NCBI GenBank assembly: GCA_038885755.1 | Contig: JAVZZH010000001.1 | Location: forward strand, 160,001-224,000 | From: Candidatus Caldarchaeum sp. | Lineage (GTDB): Archaea > Thermoproteota > Nitrososphaeria_A > Caldarchaeales > Caldarchaeaceae | Length of the DNA: 64,000 bases | Direction of reading: 5' to 3' | Part shown: one piece after another, positions 17,064 through 27,282 of the stretch | Layout of the letters: every line of letters starts with the position of its first letter | Numbering within the stretch: the first letter of the stretch is position 1 | Translations under genes and position numbers: made by a program | Notes under the pieces: model-generated | What the model saw: the letters and a program-made list of their open reading frames with translations, nothing else | Database searches by the model: none | What the model was told of the DNA's origin: nothing

Positions 17064-19855
17064 CCCACCACCACCCGTATGTACCTCAGCACAGTTATAC
17101 CCGACTGCTGGTACACCGCACCTAAATATAAGCTATCGCCAGAAACCCAGTGGACTATAATCGCCCCGTAGTTTTTCCAAGACTCCGTAAATGACTGGAA
17201 AGTCTGTCTAATTTTCTCGAAGTCCCTTTCGACGGTGTAGTTCAGGACCTCGTGCTTGTAGACTATGTTGGCGTTGACCGTGTCGACGGCTTCGCCTCCC
17301 AGCCCGAGCTCCGTCAGCAGCCTTCTGAGGTTTTCAAGCTTGGCTTCACGTGTTAGGGCGGCGGATGGGGGAGGTGGTTGCTCGCCGAGCAGCTTCAAAA
17401 GATAGTTTCGGAAGGCTTCGTCTATTGTATTGCCAAGACCCACGTAGTAAAGGCCTGTGAACGCAGCGCCCACAACCGCTATGGTTCCGATCTGCGTGAC
17501 CACTCCCTCACCCTCTCTTGCTGTGTAAACAGGTATGACGTAGACAGGATGGTCGCCGACCTCGTAGAAGATTGTTTCACCGATTCTGGGTGAGGCTAGC
17601 AGGGTGCTTAACGTTCTGAAGGCGGGGTCTCTCTGAAGGGCCTGAAGAGCCGCTGAGGGGCCTAGGAGCTTGATGGGCGACTCGGGGTCTACCTTGTAGA
17701 AGTACATCTCACCCGTGTGGGGATAATCGTTGCGCACAACGGCGTAGCCGGCCAAGTTAAGCCCCCTAGCCCCCCTCAGCTCGAGCGACAGAATGCCGAT
17801 GAACTCGAGGTTGTCCATGTTGGGCAGCCTAGCTTGAACGAAGTAGACGTCCACGCCTTGAGGAATTTCGTAGAACTCTCGGGCCTGTATGAATATAGCC
17901 GGGTCGCTGACGTGGTAGAGGGAGAACTGCCTTATCTGGTATGAGAAGAGCTCTGCAGGATACCTCAGCTGATTCCCAAGCCACGATGGAACATCCTCCT
18001 TCACGTAGTCGGAGTAAACTGTTTTGAACAGCTTGGTGAAAAAGTCGTTGCCCAGCGTAATCACCTGTATCGAGCCATCGTAGACGTCCACCAGAGCTAT
18101 GCCGACGAACCTTACGAGAGGGTTCTCCCGAGACCACGGAGTCTTGTCTGTTGGCAGGGAGATGATGAGCGGCATCATCCAGTAGGTTTTGACGCCGTCG
18201 GTCACCGGAAACATGTCCACGTAGTCATTTCCGAAGAAGTATGTGAAGTAGGGGAAGAGCAGCGATACTCTGTCGTGGACGTCCCGATACCTTAGGAGGG
18301 TTATGCTGCGGTCCGGGTAGCTGAGGAAGAAGGTGATGTCGTACAGCCAGCTAAGCGGGGGCCCTACCACAACTCCGCCCTTGCCGTCGTAGACGGCTCT
18401 ACCTATCTCGTCGGGCGTTTCCTTCCCCTGTATGATGGCGGCCCATGTCGATGAGAAGAGGCTTCGGGCTCCACCCTCTCCGTAGTATATTCTCCTCTCC
18501 TTGAAGAACTGGGAGCTGTCGACAACTTCCCCCGTGTGGGCGTTGAGCATCAGGAATCCTTGGGGGATGTGAGTGTAGACGAGATGCATGTTGTACCATA
18601 GGTCGGCGCTCGTCACCGTGGCCGGCAGGACGGGTTTCATCGAGGCGCTCCAGTAGAGCGTGCCGTTGAACCGCAGTATGTCCGAGTCTTCAAAATCTAT
18701 GTAGGGGATGAGGCCGATCTCGGGCCTGAGTTTGGCGAAGGCTGCGCTCCAGTCCCACAGCCTTGTTCGTTCAAGTATTTTCATGCTCGACCGGGTGATC
18801 GAGTCGACTTCAAACTCCTGTATCTCCATCTTGCTGAAGTTGTAAGGGAGGACCTTCACGTTCAAATCTGACAAGTATCTGTTGACCGTGATCTCCTGCA
18901 TCACATAGGGACCTCTGTACTCGATCTTCTGAGCGTCTGCGATTGTGTTCTGAACAATCACTATGGAGGCTGTTGACAGAGCGATGATGATAAGCAGCCC
19001 CGCTCTGAGGTATATGTTGTTCAACAACCTTCTTCCAGAGTAGTCTAAGTATCCGTAGAAGGCTAGAACTCCTGAAGCAAGGAAGCATGCGATTATCAGG
19101 ACACGTGTGTTGTAGTCGATGTAGGTGCTGAAGAAGAGGTTGAAACCGGTCCACGCGAGACCCAGCGCAGCGAGGAATTGTATTGTCGAGGCTTTAATTG
19201 TTATCATGCCCGTCTCGCCGAAAGAGATCAAGGCTTTTGTGAAAACCTTGACTATGTTAGTCAACCCGACTAGAAGCAGCAGCCTCACGCCGATGGCGTT
19301 GAATAGAGGAGGTATCAGGAGTATGAGGGCTGGAGAAGACTGGATCACTGCCTCTGCGCCAGTTGTCTCGCCGGGCTTGAAGGATGTGAAGGGAAGTAGG
19401 AAGATTCGGTATATCTCGCCCATGCCTGTCTCCCAGCCGTTTAGCCAAGCTAGGAAAGACATGCCGAAAACGCTGTTTGAAAACAGGAAGGTTCCGAGCA
19501 GGAGCTTCGTCAACTGCCATGCTGTGAAGGTCTGAACCGAGAGGCGCAACCTTTCGAAGTCAAGCATTCTGGTTGAAAAACCACCACGGAGCATGATGAG
19601 TAATGATCGTAGCGCCCATATCGTCGCCGATTTCCTCGACCTGAAATCCAGCCTGAACAACGCTATGAACGAGAGCACGAGGCCTCCCACGATTGAGAAG
19701 TAGAATGGTCTTATGAAGAGGTCTCCGAACTCGACGATGTTTAGGTAGACGTTCAGGAATGAGCTTCCCGCCAGACCGACCAGAAGGAACGCCACCAAAG
19801 CAACGGCCAACACCGCTGCAAACCTCGTCCTTCTACCCCTAGACACGTACACCAA
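17060..19855 (-). CDS. UPF0182-family membrane protein
   Basis: N-terminal TM bundle; RLWD, HLVYTH..G, RIYYGE, VDVYDG, LRYPAELF are UPF0182 motifs. Confidence 0.85.
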   Translation of the reverse strand: MVYVSRGRRTRFAAVLAVALVAFLLVGLAGSSFLNVYLNIVEFGDLFIRPFYFSIVGGLVLSFIALFRLDFRSRKSATIWALRSLLIMLRGGFSTRMLDFERLRLSVQTFTAWQLTKLLLGTFLFSNSVFGMSFLAWLNGWETGMGEIYRIFLLPFTSFKPGETTGAEAVIQSSPALILLIPPLFNAIGVRLLLLVGLTNIVKVFTKALISFGETGMITIKASTIQFLAALGLAWTGFNLFFSTYIDYNTRVLIIACFLASGVLAFYGYLDYSGRRLLNNIYLRAGLLIIIALSTASIVIVQNTIADAQKIEYRGPYVMQEITVNRYLSDLNVKVLPYNFSKMEIQEFEVDSITRSSMKILERTRLWDWSAAFAKLRPEIGLIPYIDFEDSDILRFNGTLYWSASMKPVLPATVTSADLWYNMHLVYTHIPQGFLMLNAHTGEVVDSSQFFKERRIYYGEGGARSLFSSTWAAIIQGKETPDEIGRAVYDGKGGVVVGPPLSWLYDITFFLSYPDRSITLLRYRDVHDRVSLLFPYFTYFFGNDYVDMFPVTDGVKTYWMMPLIISLPTDKTPWSRENPLVRFVGIALVDVYDGSIQVITLGNDFFTKLFKTVYSDYVKEDVPSWLGNQLRYPAELFSYQIRQFSLYHVSDPAIFIQAREFYEIPQGVDVYFVQARLPNMDNLEFIGILSLELRGARGLNLAGYAVVRNDYPHTGEMYFYKVDPESPIKLLGPSAALQALQRDPAFRTLSTLLASPRIGETIFYEVGDHPVYVIPVYTAREGEGVVTQIGTIAVVGAAFTGLYYVGLGNTIDEAFRNYLLKLLGEQPPPPSAALTREAKLENLRRLLTELGLGGEAVDTVNANIVYKHEVLNYTVERDFEKIRQTFQSFTESWKNYGAIIVHWVSGDSLYLGAVYQQSGITVLRYIRVVVG

Positions 19856-19912
19856 ATCTAGACACTGGGAAGAGGGTCGAACGGCGTGTATTATAGCTTA
19901 TTCCAAATCAGG

Positions 19913-21484
19913 CTAGTATTCCAACCCTTTCCGCGACCCTAGGTAGACCGCAAAAGCTAGGGCTGGGATCATTAACGACGCTGCAAGCATGTTCTCCAGC
20001 GGAATCGTCGGCTGAGGCTGCCTCATCACCTCGTTAAGGTATGCGACGTAGTCCGATAGCCATCTATCGGACACGGCCGACGCTCCTGTTAAAACCTGCC
20101 AGCCGACCAAGACCGTCGGCGTCGAGAGGCTCGGTAAAAACCCGTAGGTGCCTGCTGGAAAAGCCGCTACAACGAGTGTTAGGCAGGCGGCGGCTAGGCC
20201 GGCGGGCTTGTTCACGGCGGTTAGCCTAGCTAGGCTGTATGCTGAAAGGCATGCGAGCGCTGGTACTGCCTGAGCTAGAAACCTGTATTCGAAGTGTGTG
20301 AAGAAGAAGACATAGGGTATGGAGACTCCTCCCCAGATGACGAAGGGCCTTGCTTCGACGACTCGGTTTTTCAACACGAGCACGCCGCCCAGCAGAGACA
20401 GGGCTAGGATCGGCGTCGTCAGAAGCTGGGGGGTTGTGCTAGCCCAGACCGACGCCCGCTCGAAGGCGCCCAACCCGGTGCGGGCTATGTCGTTCCTAAC
20501 CATGATGGAGTGAGCGACAGGTCTTGACAACACCCCCCTCCCAGCTATCTGGTACTCATCCCCGAGCCTCACGTTGTCGAGAAAATACGGGTAAAGGACG
20601 ATGATGCACAACACAACAGCTAGTAGTATGTCGAAGAATCTCTCCTCGATGCTCGGCCTGCGGGATACGAGGTTTTTCTGCTCAGCTATCTTGTACACAG
20701 CCAGCGTTGCGAACAACGCTACAAACGTGATGAAAACAGGGAACACTCTGTCTAGCAAAACAACTGTTGCGATGTCGGACAAGTATTGGAGAAACACTTC
20801 CTGGGTGAGTGAGACGGCGAGGTAGGCTGTCAAGCCTAGAGGGACGAGTGCCAGGACTTTGAGAAGCCTCGAAGTCTTTGCAACCCAGATGAGAAACAAC
20901 GCCAAGACAGGTATGAGGAGGAGGTTCTGGTCCCTCGCCAGTATGGCGGCTGACATGAGGATTCCTGAAAGCCACATGTAAGGACCGTACCTCAGGCCTA
21001 GGGAGAAGCACGCCAGCGTTAGGAAAGCTAGGATAGAGCCCAGCGAGTCTGTCAGGATGTAGGAGGTTGTCAGGACGAAGTAGTCATGCACAACCAGAAT
21101 CAGTGCGGTGAGGAGGCCTGTCAAAGAACTCTTGAAGACCTTTGAAGTCAGGAGGAAGACGGCCACGACGCCGGCCGACGCCGTCAAAGGTGATATCAGC
21201 CTAGCTGTCTCGACCGGCAGGCCCGCCGTGTAAAGCAGGGCGAGAAGCCACCAGAAAAGCGGAGGCCTCTCCTCGGCGTAGGGCCCCATTGCCTGGCTTG
21301 GTTCTATCCGGCCGCTGGCTATGAGGGCGTTGTTGATGTAGGCTTTGTCGTCCCAGAACGGGGCTTCATTAACCAATGCTGGCGGCAGATATGTGAGGAG
21401 GGCGGCGGCGAAGACAACTATAGAAAGGTGTGCATGACGTGTTTTAGATGTTTGAATCGCTTTTTCCACCATGGCGGAAAACAA
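19913..21484 (-). CDS. GT-C glycosyltransferase (PMT/ArnT, GT39/83-like)
   Basis: WDD..Y after TM1, EERPPLF.W, ARL, LTD, EYRF; about 12 TM segments. Confidence 0.8.
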   Translation of the reverse strand: MFSAMVEKAIQTSKTRHAHLSIVVFAAALLTYLPPALVNEAPFWDDKAYINNALIASGRIEPSQAMGPYAEERPPLFWWLLALLYTAGLPVETARLISPLTASAGVVAVFLLTSKVFKSSLTGLLTALILVVHDYFVLTTSYILTDSLGSILAFLTLACFSLGLRYGPYMWLSGILMSAAILARDQNLLLIPVLALFLIWVAKTSRLLKVLALVPLGLTAYLAVSLTQEVFLQYLSDIATVVLLDRVFPVFITFVALFATLAVYKIAEQKNLVSRRPSIEERFFDILLAVVLCIIVLYPYFLDNVRLGDEYQIAGRGVLSRPVAHSIMVRNDIARTGLGAFERASVWASTTPQLLTTPILALSLLGGVLVLKNRVVEARPFVIWGGVSIPYVFFFTHFEYRFLAQAVPALACLSAYSLARLTAVNKPAGLAAACLTLVVAAFPAGTYGFLPSLSTPTVLVGWQVLTGASAVSDRWLSDYVAYLNEVMRQPQPTIPLENMLAASLMIPALAFAVYLGSRKGLEY

Positions 21485-21523
21485 AAATTACCCCGACAAT
21501 GTGCTTGGCTTTCAGCCGTTCGG

Positions 21524-21949
21524 TCATGGATATTTACCGCAGTTGTAGCAGTACCACCGCTGGTATTGTTCAATCCATGTTAGTTCTTTACCGCATGTTG
21601 GACAGGCTGACTTCTCTTTACGGCCTATGGGTAGCTTCGAGGCCACGGACGAGAGCAGCCCGCCCCGCGGCTGCTGAACCATGGGATGGGCTACAGGAGG
21701 CGTGTATGGGGTGGCAGGCGGTGCCTCAGGCTGTTTAAGCTCTATCTTCTCCTTTAAAATAACTATGTCGCCTGCAGCACCAACCATGCTCCATGGAATC
21801 CGTTCGACAATGTTAAACTTCGACATCACCTGAAGGCTTATCTCACCCCCTCCCACGGGAAGCTCAACATCCGAGACAGTACCCACCAGCGAGCCGTCTG
21901 GGTTGTAAACCTGCATCCCGATAAGTTTACCGCGCGGTATAGAGGACAA
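21524..21949 (-). CDS. PRC-barrel protein with C-terminal zinc ribbon
   Basis: LIGMQVYNPDGSLVGTVSDV...IPWSMV.AAGDIVIL; CPTCG...WYCYNC. Confidence 0.85.
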   Translation of the reverse strand: MSSIPRGKLIGMQVYNPDGSLVGTVSDVELPVGGGEISLQVMSKFNIVERIPWSMVGAAGDIVILKEKIELKQPEAPPATPYTPPVAHPMVQQPRGGLLSSVASKLPIGRKEKSACPTCGKELTWIEQYQRWYCYNCGKYP

Positions 21950-22022
21950 AACCGCTCGGACGAATATTTTATTGGTTAGATTTAGGTGTTTCTCAGACGA
22001 CGCCGATAGACATGTCAGCAGA

Positions 22023-24398
22023 CTAAATGCCGCCGCTATTCTTTGGCTGTTGCTTGACGGCTCTAAAGATTTTCTCGGGCTTCAACGGCGTGTCTAAATG
22101 TGTTATTCCGAGGTGTTTGAGAGCGTCTATGATGGCGTTGGCGACAGCTGGCGTGGCTGCTATTGTTCCCGCCTCACCTATTCCCTTAACTCCTAGTGGG
22201 TTGTGGGGCGATGGTGTGACGGTTGCGTCGGCGCGGATTGTTGGAATCTCATTAGCGGTGGGTACTAGGTATTCGTTCAAGTCGCCTGTGAGAAGGCTGC
22301 CCTGCTGGTCGTAAACGGCTTCTTCATAGAGCGCCTGCGCCAGTCCCTGCACTATTCCGCCGTGAATCTGTCCCTCTACTATCATGGGGTTTATTCTTGT
22401 CCCGCAGTCGTCTACAGCGACGTAATCGAGTATTTTGACGGAGCCTGTCTCAGGGTCGATTTCCACGGTGCAGACATGTGTTCCGAAGGGGAATGTGAAG
22501 TTTGGCGGGTCGTAGAAGACGGTTGCCTCGAGCCCGGGCTCTAGCCCCGCTGGCAGCTCGTTTGAGCCTGCTGCGTAGCTGGCGTAGGCGACTTCTCCGA
22601 AAGACTTGCTCTTCTCCGGCATGCCTTTTACGTAGAACTTTCCACCGCTGTATTCTATGTCTTTTTCACCTGCCTCGAGAAGATGGGCTGCTATCTTGAC
22701 TGCTTTTTCGAGGACTTTGCCGCATGCTATGGCTATGGAGGCTCCAGCCACGGGAGTTGTCCTGCTACCGTAGGTTCCCATCCCGAAAGGCATCATTGCC
22801 GTGTCGCCGTGAAGTATTTCAACATCGTCTATGGGTATTTGCAGCCGGTCGGCTACTATCTGGGCGAAAGTCGTCTCCTCGCCTTGGCCGTGTGGATGAC
22901 CGCCGATGTATACCGAAACCTTACCCGTGGGATGCACTCTGACAATTGTGCTCTCCCACAACCCCAACCCGAAGCCCGTTGCCCTAGCAACCGAAGAGGG
23001 CCCCATGCCGCATATCTCAACATATGAAGAAATGCCTATACCTATGAGCTTCCCCCTCCTATGAAGCTCTTGTTGGCTCTTTCTCTTGTTCCAGTAGTCT
23101 GCGAGCTCCAGCGCCTTGACAAAGGCTTTTTCATAGTCTCCGCTGTCGTATGTAATGCCTATAGGCTTGGCGCTGTATGGAAACTCGCTGGAACGAACAA
23201 AGTTTAGGCGTCTAACTTCCGCAGGGTCTTTACCTATTTTCATCGCAAGAATATCCATTATTCTTTCCAGAAGATATGTTGCCTCAGGTCTTCCAGCTCC
23301 CCTGTAAGCGTCGACGGGCGCTGTGTTGGTCAACGCTCCGACCACTTCTACATCGACTGCGGGAACTTTGTAGGGCCCGCTGAGCATGGGGCCGAAGAGA
23401 ATCGTAGGAATTCCAGGGGCCGCCGTCGAGAGATAAGCACCCATGTTGGCGTAGACTTTTGCCCTGATGCCTAAAAGCCTGCCCTCCTTGTCGGCGGCAA
23501 CATCAACATATTGCACGTGGTCGCGTCCGTGTATTGTTGCCTTGAAGTTCTCGCTTCTGCTCTCCCACCATTTGACGGGCCGTCTCAACTTCTTGGACAG
23601 ATAGAGTAAGACGGCCTCGGGCCCATAGCAGTGTATTTTTGACCCGAACCCGCCTCCGACGTCAAGCGATATAACTCTGAGCTTGTGTTCTGGATGGCCG
23701 GTCATAGCTGACAGCAGAAGCCTATGCACGTGAGGGTTCTGTGAAGTAATCCATACTGTTGCGTCGCCGGTTGTTGTGTTGTAATCTGCCAGAACGGCTC
23801 TCGTCTCTAAAGGCGTTGGCTGGAGCCTGCTGTTGATAATCCTTTGGGTGAACGCGACGTCGGCTTTCGAGAAAGCGTTCTCGACATCTCCTCCCGAAGC
23901 CTTCCACGTGAAGGCCTTGTTGTCTGGGATGTCGTCATAGAGCCGTGGAGCGTTCTGCTTTACGGCTTCCTCGGGGTTTATGACGCAGGGTAAAACATCG
24001 TATTCAACGTTCACAAGCTCCGCAGCATCAAACGCGGCCTCATACGACTCGGCTACAACCACCGCTACAGGGTCTCCGACATACCTCACCTTGTCAACTG
24101 CGAGCGGCATGTATCTTGGAATCTTAAGGTTTGAGCCGGGGATCTGCCAAGCACAGGGAACAGGACCCACGTAATCTCTTATATCGTCGCCGGTAACCAC
24201 GTCCAGCACGCCTTCAGCATTCCGGGCCTTTGAGACGTCAACACTCTTTATTCGTGCGTGGGCATAAAGACTGCGGATAAAAACGGCGTAGACCATGGAG
24301 GGCAGCTTCAGGTTCGCTGTGAACCTGCCCCTACCAGTTAAAAACCTCGGGTCCTCCCTGCGTTTTACGCTGGCTCCGAATAACCTAGTTACAGCCAT
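22023..24398 (-). CDS. Molybdopterin hydroxylase large subunit (CoxL/CutA-like, form-II type)
   Basis: KRREDPRFLTG, GGGFGSK, AYRGAGRPEA, GQG, GTYGSR, GQIHGG, KGIGE. Confidence 0.92.
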   Translation of the reverse strand: MAVTRLFGASVKRREDPRFLTGRGRFTANLKLPSMVYAVFIRSLYAHARIKSVDVSKARNAEGVLDVVTGDDIRDYVGPVPCAWQIPGSNLKIPRYMPLAVDKVRYVGDPVAVVVAESYEAAFDAAELVNVEYDVLPCVINPEEAVKQNAPRLYDDIPDNKAFTWKASGGDVENAFSKADVAFTQRIINSRLQPTPLETRAVLADYNTTTGDATVWITSQNPHVHRLLLSAMTGHPEHKLRVISLDVGGGFGSKIHCYGPEAVLLYLSKKLRRPVKWWESRSENFKATIHGRDHVQYVDVAADKEGRLLGIRAKVYANMGAYLSTAAPGIPTILFGPMLSGPYKVPAVDVEVVGALTNTAPVDAYRGAGRPEATYLLERIMDILAMKIGKDPAEVRRLNFVRSSEFPYSAKPIGITYDSGDYEKAFVKALELADYWNKRKSQQELHRRGKLIGIGISSYVEICGMGPSSVARATGFGLGLWESTIVRVHPTGKVSVYIGGHPHGQGEETTFAQIVADRLQIPIDDVEILHGDTAMMPFGMGTYGSRTTPVAGASIAIACGKVLEKAVKIAAHLLEAGEKDIEYSGGKFYVKGMPEKSKSFGEVAYASYAAGSNELPAGLEPGLEATVFYDPPNFTFPFGTHVCTVEIDPETGSVKILDYVAVDDCGTRINPMIVEGQIHGGIVQGLAQALYEEAVYDQQGSLLTGDLNEYLVPTANEIPTIRADATVTPSPHNPLGVKGIGEAGTIAATPAVANAIIDALKHLGITHLDTPLKPEKIFRAVKQQPKNSGGI

Positions 24399-24504
24399 CG
24401 TTCGGGCAAATGCTGTACCATAAATATAAACTTTAATGATTTTAATGCTAAAACAGCAAAACTCCTTAGATTGTTAGAAAAGATAATAGGGGAACAGTCA
24501 TGTT

Positions 24505-25047
24505 GTCGTCTATTCTCCCAAACTCAAATTTTTCAACCATAGACGCAACAGCCCCAGAAACAACTCCCGCCACACCCAGCATCTCAAACCCCGTCGACGC
24601 ACAGAACAGGGCCATGGCAAGTCGCCCCACCATGACTTCGTCATTCTACGGTAGAGCAAGTTCCTCACCAGCCCTGTTATACCGCCGCCAGCGCTCATGA
24701 AAAGGATGGGTAGGATGGCGAATTTCAGGATTTCAAGAACGAACCCAAGCGCCATGATAGACTTCAAACATGTTCTCCTCAACTTGGTAAGAGTTTACCA
24801 CGTTTGTGGGGTATGTAATTGTCCACAGCTGAGACCGCGACCAATACCATTACAAGCAAGAGGTTGTTGAGCAGGTATGACACCAGAGCAGCCACAAGAC
24901 CCCAGCCAGTATGTGGATAATCTTCCTGTCGTAGTAAACAGCCACCTGATGTTCAACACCTTTCCTAACCAATACCTCGTAAACTTTCTGGTTAGGAAAA
25001 GTCTCACGAGCAAAAACCCATGCAAACAACCCTATTGTTGCCGCCAC
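24505..25047 (-). pseudogene. Dolichol/phytol kinase (CTP-dependent polyprenol kinase) pseudogene
   Basis: YYDRKIIHILAG and AGGGITGLVRN...KSWWG split over several frames with deletions. Confidence 0.7.
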
Positions 25048-25130
25048 CTCGTTGAATGAGGCCGCTATTTTCAGTCAGACCTTTTTCAAACCGCATAAAC
25101 AAATATTCAACAATACTAGGTGTAGATAGC

Positions 25131-25424
25131 ATGGAGATCAAGGCAGCGCAAAAGCATCTTGAAGAGGTTTACGGTATGAGGGACAGAATACGCGGTGTCG
25201 ACAAAACCCTCGCATGGCTTGTTTCCGAGGTTGGAGAACTGGCGGAAGCAATAGCGCATAATCTCAGCCATGAAAGGGTTCGTGAGGAGGCGGCCGACGT
25301 CGTCGCATGGCTTCTCAGCCTATGCAACATTACATCCATTGACTTGGAGGAGGCTTTTCTGCATAAATACGGGTCCGGATGTCCGCGTTGTAGCTCAAAG
25401 CCATGTGTTTGCCCGATGGTTTAA
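25131..25424 (+). CDS. MazG-like nucleotide pyrophosphohydrolase
   Basis: WLVSEVGELAEA...EEAADV.AWL.SL.N...IDLEEA...KY; C-terminal CxxC..CxC. Confidence 0.88.
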   Translation: MEIKAAQKHLEEVYGMRDRIRGVDKTLAWLVSEVGELAEAIAHNLSHERVREEAADVVAWLLSLCNITSIDLEEAFLHKYGSGCPRCSSKPCVCPMV

Positions 25425-25654
25425 CGCTTTCTTTGCCGTATCTCTTCCTCGATCTCCTCGAGGGTTTTGCCTGTAACGTCTATGCCAAGCTCACGAGCCT
25501 TCTCCAAAACTTCCTCACGTTTAGAAGCTTTCTCAAACTCTCTCTTCGCCTCTCCCAGGGATTTGGCCAGCTTGGGCAGCTTGCCCGGAAGGATGTAGAT
25601 GGCTATCAGTATGATGGCCGCTATTATCGCAATCTCCGTTAACGAGAACGCCAT
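25421..25654 (-). CDS. tatA: Twin-arginine translocase TatA/E subunit
   Basis: One TM helix, then PGKLPKLAKSLGEAKREFEKA amphipathic helix. Confidence 0.88.
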   Translation of the reverse strand: MAFSLTEIAIIAAIILIAIYILPGKLPKLAKSLGEAKREFEKASKREEVLEKARELGIDVTGKTLEEIEEEIRQRKR

Positions 25655-25709
25655 GTCATAACGTCTCCACAGCAAGACTTAAAGGTTTAGACGGTGTTGG
25701 GAAAGCATG

Positions 25710-25783
25710 GGGCCGGTGGTCTAGCCTGGTATGACGCCGCCCTCACACGGCGGAGGTCGGCGGTTCGAGTCCGCCCCGGCCCA
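25710..25783 (+). tRNA. tRNA-Val(CAC)
   Basis: GGGCCGG/CCGGCCC acceptor stem; CCGCC-CT-CAC-AC-GGCGG anticodon arm; GGTTCGAGTCC T-arm; no encoded CCA. Confidence 0.95.
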
Positions 25784-26066
25784 CGGCTTCTGACTGGGAT
25801 GGGCTGGTTCACGGCAACACTCTCAACTGTCTTCATGCCGTGTTAAGACCGTGGAGCAGGCTGTGGAGGAAGCCGTCGTAAAGCGCAGTAAACATGATGC
25901 TGCCAAACTACACCTACAGGTCTCTGAATGCTAGCATCGGCATGACTCATAAACGCTCATCCTACGGCTACCTCCCAACATCCTTTCTCAATCCTCAAGA
26001 CGCGGCGAGACAACGGCGACAACTGCCCGAAATGCAGCAGAACCCTGAGACGGATGTGGCGTTATC

Positions 26067-26169
26067 CGGGCCCGGTGGGACTTGAACCCACGGCCTCCGG
26101 CTCCGCAGGCCGACGCTGTAGGAACAGGTGGCTACCGAGTTCTCTCTATCCATTCTGAGCTACGGGCCC
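26067..26169 (-). tRNA. tRNA-Arg(GCG) with a 28-nt non-canonical intron at 24/25 (26116-26143)
   Basis: Removing the intron gives GGGCCCGTAGCTCAGAATGGATAGAG|CGTCGGCCTGCGGAGCCGGAGGCCGTGGGTTCAAGTCCCACCGGGCCCG. BHB-like junction; TTTATAAA ~25 nt upstream. Confidence 0.9.
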
Positions 26170-26502
26170 GTCTGTAGGAATCTGCTCCGGTTTATAAATC
26201 ATTAAACAGCGGGGCTCTAAGCCAGAGAAGACAAGGCTGTAGGGATGGTTTTGTCGAGGGGCTCTATGAACCCAGCCTCCTCGCTGGCGAAAGAACAGAG
26301 CTAGGTTGTGGTAGCCTGCTTCCGGGTTGAGGGCAGCCGTCTCATGGTTCTGCCGGGCAGAAGCAGCAGTTTGCACCGTGAGGTTCCAGCCGGCAGCGGA
26401 GCACGGCTTTGAAGAATGAACATCTCATCATCCTCTCTGCCACTGCTTTATCTTCAAGCAGTTTACACAAGCACCCACCGCAGAACAACTTGATGGTCTA
26501 TC

Positions 26503-27282
26503 CTATCTGTAGGCCCATCCTACGAGGCTTTTCTCAAGAAGGGCGAAGACGAGGAAAAGGCTTATCCCTAAGAAGGATATGACCAGCAGGCCTGCGAAGA
26601 CTAGCGGGACGTCAAACCTGGAGCTGGCTGCTATCATCAAGTATCCCGTGCCTTCGTTGCTTGCAACGGTCTCGGAGATGACCGCGCCCACGAACGCCAG
26701 CGTCGACGCTACCTTGAGAGAGCCGAAGAAGTAGGGCAGGGAACGTGGTATGCCTACCTTTACGAATATCTGGCTCTTCGAAGCTCCAAGCGAGCGGAGG
26801 ACGTCTCTTATCTCTGGCTCGATGGTCGCCAAGGCGATGGCCACGTTGACAACTATCGGGAAGAAAGAGATGAGGAAGGCTGTCAGCATGGCCGGCACCT
26901 TGCCGACGCCGAGCCATATCACTAGGATGGGGACTATCGCCACCTTCGGAATAGTGTTAAAAGCAACTAGTAATGGGTAGACAGCCCGGTAGACTATGTT
27001 TGAGTATCCGACGGCCATGCCGAGACCGAGACCGAATACTATCGACATGCCGAAGCCGATCAGGGTTGCTTCAAGCGTGGCGTACGAGTGCTTGATGATT
27101 ATGTCGAGGTTTTTGTCGAGCGATTGGATCACCTTGGTTGGAGGTGGCAGGATGAACTCCGGTATGTTGAGGGCGACCGTGGCGGCTTCCCAGCCGACGA
27201 AAAAACCTGCGAAGACAAGCACGGGAAGACCGTATTCCTTGACGGCTGCGGCCACGAGCGAGGAGACCGACTGCTTCGCCAT
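26503..27282 (-). CDS. ABC permease, NitT/TauT (SsuC) family
   Basis: FILPPP, IPKVAIVP, FFPI, EAA-like loop (RSLGAS...KV..P..LP), GTGYL. Confidence 0.92.
   Translation of the reverse strand: MAKQSVSSLVAAAVKEYGLPVLVFAGFFVGWEAATVALNIPEFILPPPTKVIQSLDKNLDIIIKHSYATLEATLIGFGMSIVFGLGLGMAVGYSNIVYRAVYPLLVAFNTIPKVAIVPILVIWLGVGKVPAMLTAFLISFFPIVVNVAIALATIEPEIRDVLRSLGASKSQIFVKVGIPRSLPYFFGSLKVASTLAFVGAVISETVASNEGTGYLMIAASSRFDVPLVFAGLLVISFLGISLFLVFALLEKSLVGWAYR

Noticed and set aside
25790-26060. HicB-like remnant or short C/D-box RNA between tRNA-Val and tRNA-Arg
   Set aside because: The KTVEQA similarity is very short; the ATGATG...CTGA spacing is too short and has no internal D'/C' boxes.
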